Below are positions 1-8,531 of a DNA stretch of 28,857 nucleotides, piece by piece (the first letter of the stretch is position 1; each line of letters starts with the position of its first letter). The DNA is from a virus. Taxonomy: Duplodnaviria > Caudoviricetes. The notes beneath the pieces were generated by a model, which saw only the letters and a list, made by a program, of their open reading frames with translations, searched no databases and was not told where the DNA came from. Made by a program: the position numbers and the translations under genes. The stretch is taken from the IMG/VR virus record IMGVR_UViG_3300007754_000043, positions 1-28,857 of that record; one strand, 5' to 3'.

Positions 1-3000
1 TATGCTCAATATCTAGACCGAGATCAAGTTTCAGAAATGGCGAGCATGAATACCGATACCCTTGTGACTACGACGACAGAGACAGCAGCGGAACAAGTTG
101 CAGCAGCCGTGGCTTCCGGGGAAGCTGCTGGGAGCGCCGGAGGAAGGTCGTTAACTCAGCTTCGAGATGAGACCACCACCACCACTAGTGCCCAAGAAAG
201 CATCGCCGGCCAAACGGGCCAGCAAGTCAAAACGTGCATGTTAGATGCCACTTGTGATTACCGTACTGCATATGATTGGGCCCTCGAAAAATATAAAGAG
301 TATTTTGCTCTCCGTGTATACCAACATTTAGCAGAGCAGGAAGATAAACTTAAAGATGATGCTGGAAAACATGGAGTATTTGATCCTGAAGCTCCGGCGG
401 ACGAGCTTGAAGCTGAACGCGAACTGGCCAAGAAGCTTGCGCAAGCCGCCTTGGCCATCACGGCCGGCGTAGCCCCCGAATTAGATCTCGCCGGCTATAG
501 AGAGCAGTGTTTTCTCCTCTCCAACCTGGACACATTGGTGGGTTATCGCTGGAAGAACATTGCTGCAGAGGAAGTGAAGCCGCTCCCTTATGTGGCGCCC
601 CCCGCCGAGGAAGGTGTACAAAACTATGTAGGCAATGCGTGTCTCGAAGTAGTCGGCGACACCTTTAGTTTTATGAACAAGCTTACTCAATACCCTACGC
701 AGTTGGCCTTGTTTAAAGCACGCGCCCATCAGTTGTCATCTTTACAACCAATGATTCGGTTGTTTAAATTGAGCGAAGATGCCAATGGAGTAGAGTTCGA
801 ACAAGAGTTTAATTTTGAAGGTGGCCATGGCTCCATGTGGCCCACCGACTTTTTAAAGAATAAAGATGTGAGAGGTTACGGGGTCGGTATTAAAGATTTT
901 AGTTTTACTTATGATGGAAGCAATCCCTTCGCAGTCAAAAAAAGCATCAAAGCTACTTTAAAAATCTTTGCTAATAACTTTGATGAACTCTTAAAGATAC
1001 GCGGCAACTATCGTTATATCGATTTGGCTCTCAAAACTGGGGGCGGCGTGAGATTCGAACAGCAGGCCGCATTTGCTGACCCGCATGATGAGCTAGATAA
1101 ATTAAACTTTCGCTTAAAAGCAGTGGTAGGCTGGGCTGAGCCCCCCGGCATGGATGATGCGGAGTTTTGGAATTTTTATAATATGAATACGGGCGCAGAC
1201 CAAATGTATGGTACCGAAGCAGGGGGGCAAGTGAGGGGCTTAAAAGAAGCTATTAAACATTCATATGTGACACTTAATTTAACACCGACTGTTCATGATT
1301 TTGCCTTTGATGAAATGGGCCGCGTCACCTTTACCATTAATTACCTTGCATACATTGAAGACTTTTTTGATCAGAGTACTTTCAATATTTTTTCCGATGT
1401 AGAAATTGGAGGAAGAATGCTCGCACGCCAATTGACATTTAATAGATTGAGTGCAGAGTGTGACTCCGATGCAATCTCTCAATTTAAAGAGAGCGAGCAG
1501 AATAATATTAAAAATGATAAAGTCACTAGCCTACAGACTCTCCTAGGGAACATGGTAGCCCAAGGCAAAATTAGATATCTAAACTTAAGTTATGACGAAT
1601 TAATTCGCTGGCAAAAAATGGGCGCTTTTTCCAATTTGGGAGAAACGGCCGTCCAATTTACTATTAGTGAGGAACCGACTGGTGATCAGGATCTGATTGC
1701 CGAGATCCATGACGCGGCAGCCGCACGCGAATCCGGAGACGAATTGGGGGAGCCTCAATGGAGCACGGAGCGAATCAACGATGTTCTCAATAGCACCGAA
1801 AAACAACAATTACCTTATTTCTATGTTTTCAATTTGGTTGATGAAATCTTGGCAGGCATTGAAAACTATTTAACAGAGATGCCTTCTACAATTGACACCC
1901 TTGAAGAACAAGGAACTATCAATGCAGAAGAGGAAGAGGCAGAAAAGAAAAAGATCGAAAAGTTTAAAGAACACTTTAAAAACTTCCGCGCCGTCTTGGG
2001 GCCTATAGAGATTGTGTCTCCCAAAGACCCCTCCCAAAAATATCTTATCTCATTGGGAGACCTCCCAGTATCAGTGAAATTTTTTATTGACTGGCTCACC
2101 GAAAAGCTTTTGCAAAAAGAAGAATCGGTATACCCGCTCCCCATGTTTTTAAATGATTTCTTTAATGTCTTGATTCGCAACTACCTGAATGATGATACCT
2201 GTTTCAAGGTACCTATCAAACAACGCGTGCGCATGTCCCAGACATCCTTGACTGATTATGCGTCCGCAGACTTCAGGGAGGGCATAGATACATTGACGGC
2301 ACATACTTGGACGGCCCGAGCAGCAGCTAAAAAGAAAGATTGGCCATTGATTGTTTCTGATGGAGGTGCAGGCGCCTATCTTCTCCCCGAAAATGCTTCG
2401 CCCTCACAATATTTGAGTTTTCCCGTCTTAAACATAGCGGGACCAGAAGGGTCGCGAGGCTTCAATGCCAATGCAGAACCCCCCCCCACAGAAACTAATT
2501 ACCTTATTTACTATGGCGGGCGCACCACACCCAAAGAAGCAATGAATGGAGATGTTGAAGAGGACCATCGCCGCGGCATCATGCACTATATCATGGGGGA
2601 AGACGTGGGAATTGTGAAGAAGATCGATCTTAAAAAGACCTCCTCCCCGGGCCTTAAAGAGGTGAGATTCGAACAAGAGGGCTACGATGGCTTAAAGCAA
2701 TTGAGAGAAGTTTATGATGCCGACATCACCACCTTCGCAGATGTAGGAGCCTTCCCGGGCAAATACATCTTCGTTGACCCACGCGGCTTTGCCCCACAGA
2801 CTGCCGGCGTAGGAGATGACAAGCGCATGGATTTAACTGAGTTTGGTGTGGGAGGGTATTATATGATATATCGTTCCGAACATTCTTTCGGGCCCGGCAA
2901 AGCTGAGAGTCGCGTAAGTGCCAAATGGGTTGCCGAAAGAACTGGTACCACTCGCACCGCAGAAGAGCAAGAAGCCTATAATGAGGAATATGCGATCAAC

Positions 3001-3213
3001 CGTCCCCGTCCCTCCAAGTGTGACCCCCACGCTGGCGGCGCGCCAGCCGGACCGGCCGTACTGGGACAAGGAGATCCCACAAATCTTACTGGTGATCGTA
3101 CTGCGGCAGACACCGTTTCGCTACCCAACGAAGATATTTACGCCAGCCGCGCCGGGACTGCTGCAGGGCCGTCTGGTGCCGATGTCATTCCTAGATCTGG
3201 GACGGAGAAGTGA
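1..3213 (+). CDS. Large virion structural protein, probably baseplate hub / tail-associated (gp27/GpD/VgrG-like); likely 5'-truncated
   Basis: Frame 1 is open from base 1, so ATG 37 may be internal. The C-terminal pattern YDADITTFADVGAFPGKYIFVDP...GVGGYYMIYRSEHSFGPGKAESRVSAKW resembles the 'PG..I.I...G.Y.V..V.H....T' beta-barrel end of phage hub proteins. Low-complexity Thr/Ala/Gly termini. Confidence 0.5.
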   Translation, partial: YAQYLDRDQVSEMASMNTDTLVTTTTETAAEQVAAAVASGEAAGSAGGRSLTQLRDETTTTTSAQESIAGQTGQQVKTCMLDATCDYRTAYDWALEKYKEYFALRVYQHLAEQEDKLKDDAGKHGVFDPEAPADELEAERELAKKLAQAALAITAGVAPELDLAGYREQCFLLSNLDTLVGYRWKNIAAEEVKPLPYVAPPAEEGVQNYVGNACLEVVGDTFSFMNKLTQYPTQLALFKARAHQLSSLQPMIRLFKLSEDANGVEFEQEFNFEGGHGSMWPTDFLKNKDVRGYGVGIKDFSFTYDGSNPFAVKKSIKATLKIFANNFDELLKIRGNYRYIDLALKTGGGVRFEQQAAFADPHDELDKLNFRLKAVVGWAEPPGMDDAEFWNFYNMNTGADQMYGTEAGGQVRGLKEAIKHSYVTLNLTPTVHDFAFDEMGRVTFTINYLAYIEDFFDQSTFNIFSDVEIGGRMLARQLTFNRLSAECDSDAISQFKESEQNNIKNDKVTSLQTLLGNMVAQGKIRYLNLSYDELIRWQKMGAFSNLGETAVQFTISEEPTGDQDLIAEIHDAAAARESGDELGEPQWSTERINDVLNSTEKQQLPYFYVFNLVDEILAGIENYLTEMPSTIDTLEEQGTINAEEEEAEKKKIEKFKEHFKNFRAVLGPIEIVSPKDPSQKYLISLGDLPVSVKFFIDWLTEKLLQKEESVYPLPMFLNDFFNVLIRNYLNDDTCFKVPIKQRVRMSQTSLTDYASADFREGIDTLTAHTWTARAAAKKKDWPLIVSDGGAGAYLLPENASPSQYLSFPVLNIAGPEGSRGFNANAEPPPTETNYLIYYGGRTTPKEAMNGDVEEDHRRGIMHYIMGEDVGIVKKIDLKKTSSPGLKEVRFEQEGYDGLKQLREVYDADITTFADVGAFPGKYIFVDPRGFAPQTAGVGDDKRMDLTEFGVGGYYMIYRSEHSFGPGKAESRVSAKWVAERTGTTRTAEEQEAYNEEYAINRPRPSKCDPHAGGAPAGPAVLGQGDPTNLTGDRTAADTVSLPNEDIYASRAGTAAGPSGADVIPRSGTEK

Positions 3214-3219
3214 TAATTT

Positions 3220-4440
3220 ATGTCAACTTTTTATACCAACACAAACCACGAACCAACCAGAACATTATTCATGAAGCGTTTAATGTATAGAATGCAGTTA
3301 GCGGGACAGGCCCGGAATCTTGTGGATTTCAACTTAGGAGAGAAGTATCTCTTTGGCCGCGTCGACCGATTCTTTGTTCCCATTCAAACCCGCAATCCCC
3401 GCGAAGCCGCTTTGTTCGCCGGCTTTAAAGGCTTTCGTTCTAGCGCCGGCGCTTCGCAGAGTTATGAAGCTCTTTCCTTCGTGGTAGATGCTTTTGAACA
3501 AATGGCGTTGGAGTTTGAGAAATGCGCCGCCAAGGGCATTATTGACACGCAGGATTCTTTCTTGAGCAGCCTGCAGGTTCACAAAGCACACGTTAGTCAT
3601 GAGTCTTTGTACGCCGATTACTTAGATATTTATTTAAACACCTTGAAAGATCTCTTCGATGCTGATAAGATCAAGGTAAGAGACTTTAAAGAGTTCATGC
3701 AACATCTGGTGGTATATCTTGAAAGAACATTGCACACGATCCCCTTCACCAAGCCTGCATATATCAAGAGCCGACGCTGCAGCATTATGACGAGTGGTTT
3801 GGCTATTGAGATAGCAGATCTGGATCCTGTCAACGACGATGAAAAGATAAATCAATTTGTGAACAGCAAGAACTGGGCTTTTTATGTTAACGCATGCAAC
3901 GACTACGGCTTTATGGTAGATCAATTCGTCCCTTGGCGCATTGTATGTGATATTGATGCGCCTGGAATGTTAGAACTCTCGGCTAAATATTATTCTCCTA
4001 CAACCGCCGCAGTCCTTCACAATAATTATGAACATTCGCACAATAAATATTTTGAAAACTTTAGTTCGATTCTCCTCCGTTTATATAACATGGTAAAGTA
4101 CGGCTCGTTTTATAGCTATGAAGAGTGTAATGGAAAAGTCCGTCGCAAAATGGTTATTCCCTTGTCTTATACATTAGAAGAGATACAAGCAGAATTTAAT
4201 GAAGCTTATTTTTTACGCATATATTGTCATCTCCGTTTTCTTGAGGAAGAATCTGAATTTTCTATCAATGAGCGCGAGATGCTTATCAACGATTGCTTGC
4301 GGGCTGCCGAACAGATAGGAGTACGAGCCTCGTTGCTAATATTTGAAAGAATTTTAAATAAAACATTTGACTATCGGGGCTCAGCGAGTTATATTGAAAG
4401 ATATAGACGTTTGGTGCGGGATGATATTTCAGGCTATTGA
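3220..4440 (+). CDS. Hypothetical protein (406 aa)
   Basis: Long ORF starting 7 nt after the previous stop and overlapping the next gene by 20 nt. No motif recognised. Confidence 0.8.
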   Translation: MSTFYTNTNHEPTRTLFMKRLMYRMQLAGQARNLVDFNLGEKYLFGRVDRFFVPIQTRNPREAALFAGFKGFRSSAGASQSYEALSFVVDAFEQMALEFEKCAAKGIIDTQDSFLSSLQVHKAHVSHESLYADYLDIYLNTLKDLFDADKIKVRDFKEFMQHLVVYLERTLHTIPFTKPAYIKSRRCSIMTSGLAIEIADLDPVNDDEKINQFVNSKNWAFYVNACNDYGFMVDQFVPWRIVCDIDAPGMLELSAKYYSPTTAAVLHNNYEHSHNKYFENFSSILLRLYNMVKYGSFYSYEECNGKVRRKMVIPLSYTLEEIQAEFNEAYFLRIYCHLRFLEEESEFSINEREMLINDCLRAAEQIGVRASLLIFERILNKTFDYRGSASYIERYRRLVRDDISGY

Positions 4441-5605
4441 TGACAAATCTGAATGCATAGGCATTTATACAGACGGGAAACTTTATTATGAAAACTTTCC
4501 GGAGAATCTAACCAAGACTTGGAAATATTCTGGGTCGTTGGTCGACACCACCACAGACTACGCATGGTTGTACGCAGAGGGGCTAGCATTGAATCAGGTA
4601 TGCCCGCCGGAACTCCAAGACGTTCTCAAGAGAGCACAAAAACGGTTGAGGGCTTACATTAAATCTTTTCAGATTGCCAAAGTAAGCATGCGAGACCACT
4701 GCATTTTTGATCTGGTCCCGGAAGATTTTCTTAAAGAGTTTTGCGAGATCAAAAACAAAATTACGGAGTATGTTTTTGAGACGCACACAAAACCTGAATG
4801 CTACGAACACTTGCACAATATTGAAAAGCTTTTATATAAGATACGCTATCAGCCTTTGAACTTAAACAACGAGGGGTGTAAAAATCTACACTTATCCTCT
4901 CGTGATTCTAGAAGAGCCAAGCTGTTGTTAAGTGGGCCCAATTATATAGATTATAATTTATTTGGAACTGTTACAGGAAGGCTCACCACCTATTCACAAA
5001 GTTTTCCGGTACTCACTACGCAAAAAGAATTTAGAAAATTGTTAAAACCTCACAATGACTGGTTTTTGTCATTGGATTATAACGCTGCGGAAGTACGAAC
5101 CTTTATCGCGTTGGCTGGAGAGAAACAACCACAAGAAGACGTGCACGAGTGGCATATCAAAAACCTTATTCAAGGAGAGATAGATCGTGACGACGCCAAG
5201 ACTCAATTTTTTGCATGGCTTTACAACCCGGATGCAGCGAACAGTGAATTTAGTATTTATCATCGCGAAAAAGTTCTTGACAAATGGTATGATAAAGGGT
5301 ATATTAAGACAGTGTTTAAGCGCCGTATACAAGTTGAACCGCGCAAGGCTTTAAACTATTTGATTCAAAGCACTACAGCCGATTTAGTCCTGGAACGTGC
5401 CTGCGCAGTAGACGTATTCTTAGAAGGAAAGAAGTCGTTTATCTCTCACATTGTGCATGATGAAGTGGTGATCGATCTCGCAGACGAAGACCGCCCACTA
5501 GTCCCCCAGCTAAAAGAAATTTTTGCTAATAATCTTTTGGACACCTTTATGGTTAACTTAAATTGTGGAAAGAATTATTATGAACTTCAAGAGTTAAAGA
5601 TATGA
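4421..5605 (+). CDS. Miniaturised family-A DNA polymerase (polymerase domain plus unrecognised N-terminal region)
   Basis: GTVTGRLT, motif A LDYNAAEVR, motif B RDDAKTQFFAWLY, GYIKTVFKRR, RKALNYLIQSTTAD, motif C IVHDEVV. ATG 4421 preferred over TTG 4367. Confidence 0.88.
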   Translation: MIFQAIDDKSECIGIYTDGKLYYENFPENLTKTWKYSGSLVDTTTDYAWLYAEGLALNQVCPPELQDVLKRAQKRLRAYIKSFQIAKVSMRDHCIFDLVPEDFLKEFCEIKNKITEYVFETHTKPECYEHLHNIEKLLYKIRYQPLNLNNEGCKNLHLSSRDSRRAKLLLSGPNYIDYNLFGTVTGRLTTYSQSFPVLTTQKEFRKLLKPHNDWFLSLDYNAAEVRTFIALAGEKQPQEDVHEWHIKNLIQGEIDRDDAKTQFFAWLYNPDAANSEFSIYHREKVLDKWYDKGYIKTVFKRRIQVEPRKALNYLIQSTTADLVLERACAVDVFLEGKKSFISHIVHDEVVIDLADEDRPLVPQLKEIFANNLLDTFMVNLNCGKNYYELQELKI

Positions 5606-6462
5606 TTTCAGTAATTGGAATAGGGAATGCCGCATCGGCTATTGCAGAAAAGTTTTCTGGTATGGAGAACTATGAAGTTTATTCGCTAAACACCAACGTG
5701 GCCCGCAATAGTAAATTTAAAATTAAGCTCAAGAGGCTTGGCGACCCCGAAGCTTATGAGGAAAACATTCCTAATTTAGAGAAAGTGTTCGCCAATATAA
5801 GAGAACGCGTCCAGGTATTTGTTATGGGCTCATCGATGAGTTCTAATTATACCCTAGGAATTCTAGAGCAGATCAAAGATAAAAAAATAGATTTATTTTA
5901 TATCCGCCCCGACATCGAGTTATTGACCGGGACTCCCCAGCTTTTAGAACGCGTCACTTTCGGGGTGCTCCAGGAGTATGCACGTTCGGGATTGTTTAGT
6001 TCGATTACGTTAATATCTAATCTAAAACTAGAAGAAGCCTTGGGCGAAGTGCCTATTAAAAACTATTATGAAATGCTGAATGAGTTTATCTTTTCCACTA
6101 TTCATTATTTAAACTACTTTGAATTTAGCGAGCCAGAAATTGGCCAAGTCTCCAAGCCGGCAGCTATCCATCGCATTAGAACCTTGGGAATGTTGGACGT
6201 TAATTCTTTAGAAGAAAAATGGCTTTTTGACCTTGACAACCCCCGTGAGTTGTGTTATTATATATGTATAAACGAAGAGAGATTGGCCACCGAAGGCGGC
6301 TTACACAAACAGTTGGTTGATAAGCTTAAAGAAAAGCCTAAAAATACTTTTCGCAAGATTTCTTATGCAATTTATGAAACAGAACATGATGACTTTGGGT
6401 TCTGCGTTGCCCACACTAACGCAATACAAGAAAATACTCTTGACAAAGAAGAGCAAGAGTGA
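5602..6462 (+). CDS. Divergent tubulin/FtsZ (PhuZ/TubZ-like) fold protein with degenerate GTP-binding loop
   Basis: N-terminal ISVIGIGNAASAIAEKF (cf. FtsZ IKVIGVGGGGGNAV). VFVMGSSMSSNYTLGILE at the position of the GGGTGSG loop; ITLISNLKL (cf. LIVIPNDKL); YYEMLNEFI (cf. AF..AN.VL). ATGA overlap with the polymerase gene. Confidence 0.62.
   Translation: MISVIGIGNAASAIAEKFSGMENYEVYSLNTNVARNSKFKIKLKRLGDPEAYEENIPNLEKVFANIRERVQVFVMGSSMSSNYTLGILEQIKDKKIDLFYIRPDIELLTGTPQLLERVTFGVLQEYARSGLFSSITLISNLKLEEALGEVPIKNYYEMLNEFIFSTIHYLNYFEFSEPEIGQVSKPAAIHRIRTLGMLDVNSLEEKWLFDLDNPRELCYYICINEERLATEGGLHKQLVDKLKEKPKNTFRKISYAIYETEHDDFGFCVAHTNAIQENTLDKEEQE
6233..6261 (+). promoter_or_regulatory. Sigma70-type promoter inside the tubulin-like gene
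   Basis: TTGACA (6233-6238), 17-nt spacer ending TGt, TATTAT (6256-6261). Confidence 0.55.
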
Positions 6463-6468
6463 TATACT
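6440..6468 (+). promoter_or_regulatory. Sigma70-type promoter for the SSB gene
   Basis: TTGACA (6440-6445), 17-nt spacer ending TGa, TATACT (6463-6468); AAGGAG RBS before ATG 6495. Confidence 0.8.
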
Positions 6469-6494
6469 TTATTCACACAAGGAGAAATTGAATA

Positions 6495-7262
6495 ATGTCA
6501 ATTGATATGGAGCTTATGCGCCGCAAGCTCGCAACTTTGCGCGGCGAAAACAAGGGTGATACTAACTCTGTTTGGTTTAAACCAGACGAGGGAGACACCG
6601 ACATTCGGATCATTCCAACTAACGACGGAGATCCTTTGAAGGAAATGTTCTTTCACTATAACGTTGGCGAACACCGAGGAGGAATCCTCTGTCCCAAGCG
6701 CAACTATGGAGAAGAATGTCCTATTTGTGAATTCGCTTCTTCGCTTTGGCGAGAAGGAAGTGATAGCAACGATGAGGAAAGCAAGAAGCTTGCAAAGGCA
6801 CTCTTTGTACGCACTCGCTACTTCTCTCCCGTTGTGGTTCGTGGTCGAGAAGATGAGGGAATCAAGGTGTACGGTTATGGTAAGACCGCATACGAACTTC
6901 TTCTTGGCTACATTTTAGACCCGGAATATGGGGACGTCACAGACGTTACGGAGGGTACAGATATTACTCTTACCTACACCAAGCCCACCAAGCCCGGTGC
7001 CTATCCCCAGACGAGCCTGAAAATGCGTCGTAATACCTCAACATTGCTTGAGGATACTGAGGCCATCCCCGCCCTCCTTGATGGCATGCCGGAATTTGAC
7101 GGTCTATTCGAACGTCTTAGCCCGGAGCAGGTCGGCGCTATTCTCGATGAACAACTTGCCGGAGACGGATCCGCTGAGTCACGTTCACGCGAGACTACCA
7201 AGTATAGTACGACTGAAACTACTGACGTGGATCGTGCATTTAATGAACTGGTAGCAGGCTAG
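6495..7262 (+). CDS. Single-stranded DNA-binding protein, T4 gp32-like
   Basis: WFKPDEG..IRIIP, putative Zn ligands FH...LCPK..GEECPICE, RYFSPVVVRG, YGYGK, DVTEGTDI and an acidic C-terminal tail ending DVDRAFNELVAG. Neighbours the recombinase. Confidence 0.8.
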   Translation: MSIDMELMRRKLATLRGENKGDTNSVWFKPDEGDTDIRIIPTNDGDPLKEMFFHYNVGEHRGGILCPKRNYGEECPICEFASSLWREGSDSNDEESKKLAKALFVRTRYFSPVVVRGREDEGIKVYGYGKTAYELLLGYILDPEYGDVTDVTEGTDITLTYTKPTKPGAYPQTSLKMRRNTSTLLEDTEAIPALLDGMPEFDGLFERLSPEQVGAILDEQLAGDGSAESRSRETTKYSTTETTDVDRAFNELVAG

Positions 7263-7273
7263 GCTCGCCCCGC

Positions 7274-7308
7274 TGGCAGACCGGGAAATGTCTGCCACTT
7301 TAAATTTT
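7274..7308 (+). terminator. Probable intrinsic terminator / RNA hairpin after the SSB gene
   Basis: 8-bp perfect stem TGGCAGAC (7274-7281) / GTCTGCCA (7290-7297), followed by CTTTAAATTTT. Confidence 0.6.
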
Positions 7309-7327
7309 ATATATTTACGGAGTTAAA

Positions 7328-8512
7328 ATGGGTACCAATGTTATACCTTTAAAGAAAAATGATGATGTTGCTGGTTTGATTAGTAATGAAGACACAATCG
7401 TTCGCAAAGCAATGTCCCTAGGCCATAAAGATCCGAGAGTGGATGAGAAATGTCACGCAAAACTGTTACTCGTCCCAATCGGAGATAAAATCTATCGAAG
7501 ATTTATAACTGGCATGATTGAGTTATCACAGGATGACATTAGCGAGGCGCAAATACGACTTAAGGTGTCTGATGAAAAATATTGTAGAGAAGAACTAGGC
7601 CCATTAATTGAGAAAAATGGACTCGAATATCTTCCATTTGTTAGCCATGGCACCCAGAATATTTGGAACATGGAGACAGGTCATCACCGAAGTTTTTATT
7701 TGCTGCATCAGCGACGTGATGAAAGCTTTTTTGCATTTGTGGTTAGTAATGAATTTTATGAAGCTCTAAAGGATGGCACGTATGGCAAGCCAGTGTCGAA
7801 TAGTTATGCTAAGGTAAAGGGCCGTATTCAATGTAACCCCCCACCCGCAGGAAACTTCTACAAGCTCACTGATATTTTTATCCAGCTAGCCGGCCTAAGA
7901 AAGGCGGACCCAACTTTTGGAGGCTTGGTTCCATCCGGCGAGTTTCCAACAAGAGAAGAATTCGATGATATTATGAACGATATTCATCCCAAGCAATTTC
8001 TCTATAAGGCAACCAGAACAAAGATTCGTAACCAATGGATAAGAAGTGGAACAGATGCAAACTCAAAAGTCAAACCAGTTACATTTGCTGATAAGACTAA
8101 TGATTTGGTTAAAAATGGATATGATCCTGGCGTTACTATGGGCCGAAAAAATAAGCAAAAAAGAAAGAAATTTTTAGAGCATTTTGACGAGGATAAGAAA
8201 ACATATCTTGCTTTTACATCCACTAACGGCAATAACTTTAGAGCAAATATTATTACTTCTTTAATTGAAAGTCACCACGATGGAACTCTCGTAGGCGACT
8301 CCTCTTACGAGATAGTTGTTTATTGTGACATATATAATGTTAAAGAGAGTTTGACCTTGTTAGAGCAAGACAGAAATAGTTTTGTTGAAGAGGTAAAAAA
8401 GTGGAATGATATCTTGAAAAATACTTGTCGATTGAAGTTTGGTTTTTCTAAGATTATTTTTCCAAAACAGTTGACGATTCCGTCTGATACTGGTAAAGTT
8501 ATAAAGCTTTAA
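7328..8512 (+). CDS. Hypothetical protein with a ParB/sulfiredoxin-like N-terminal domain
   Basis: QIR...EELGPLIEKNGLEYLPFV...NMETGHHRSF resembles ParB-N (EL..SI...GL..PI.V...I.DGHHR). GGAG RBS. Visibly more AT-rich than its flanks. Confidence 0.55.
   Translation: MGTNVIPLKKNDDVAGLISNEDTIVRKAMSLGHKDPRVDEKCHAKLLLVPIGDKIYRRFITGMIELSQDDISEAQIRLKVSDEKYCREELGPLIEKNGLEYLPFVSHGTQNIWNMETGHHRSFYLLHQRRDESFFAFVVSNEFYEALKDGTYGKPVSNSYAKVKGRIQCNPPPAGNFYKLTDIFIQLAGLRKADPTFGGLVPSGEFPTREEFDDIMNDIHPKQFLYKATRTKIRNQWIRSGTDANSKVKPVTFADKTNDLVKNGYDPGVTMGRKNKQKRKKFLEHFDEDKKTYLAFTSTNGNNFRANIITSLIESHHDGTLVGDSSYEIVVYCDIYNVKESLTLLEQDRNSFVEEVKKWNDILKNTCRLKFGFSKIIFPKQLTIPSDTGKVIKL
8471..8499 (+). promoter_or_regulatory. 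Sigma70-type promoter for the recA-like gene, embedded in the upstream CDS
   Basis: TTGACG (8471-8476), 17-nt spacer ending TGg, TAAAGT (8494-8499); AGGAGG RBS at 8521. Confidence 0.6.
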
Positions 8513-8531
8513 ATTAAAACAGGAGGGCAGT

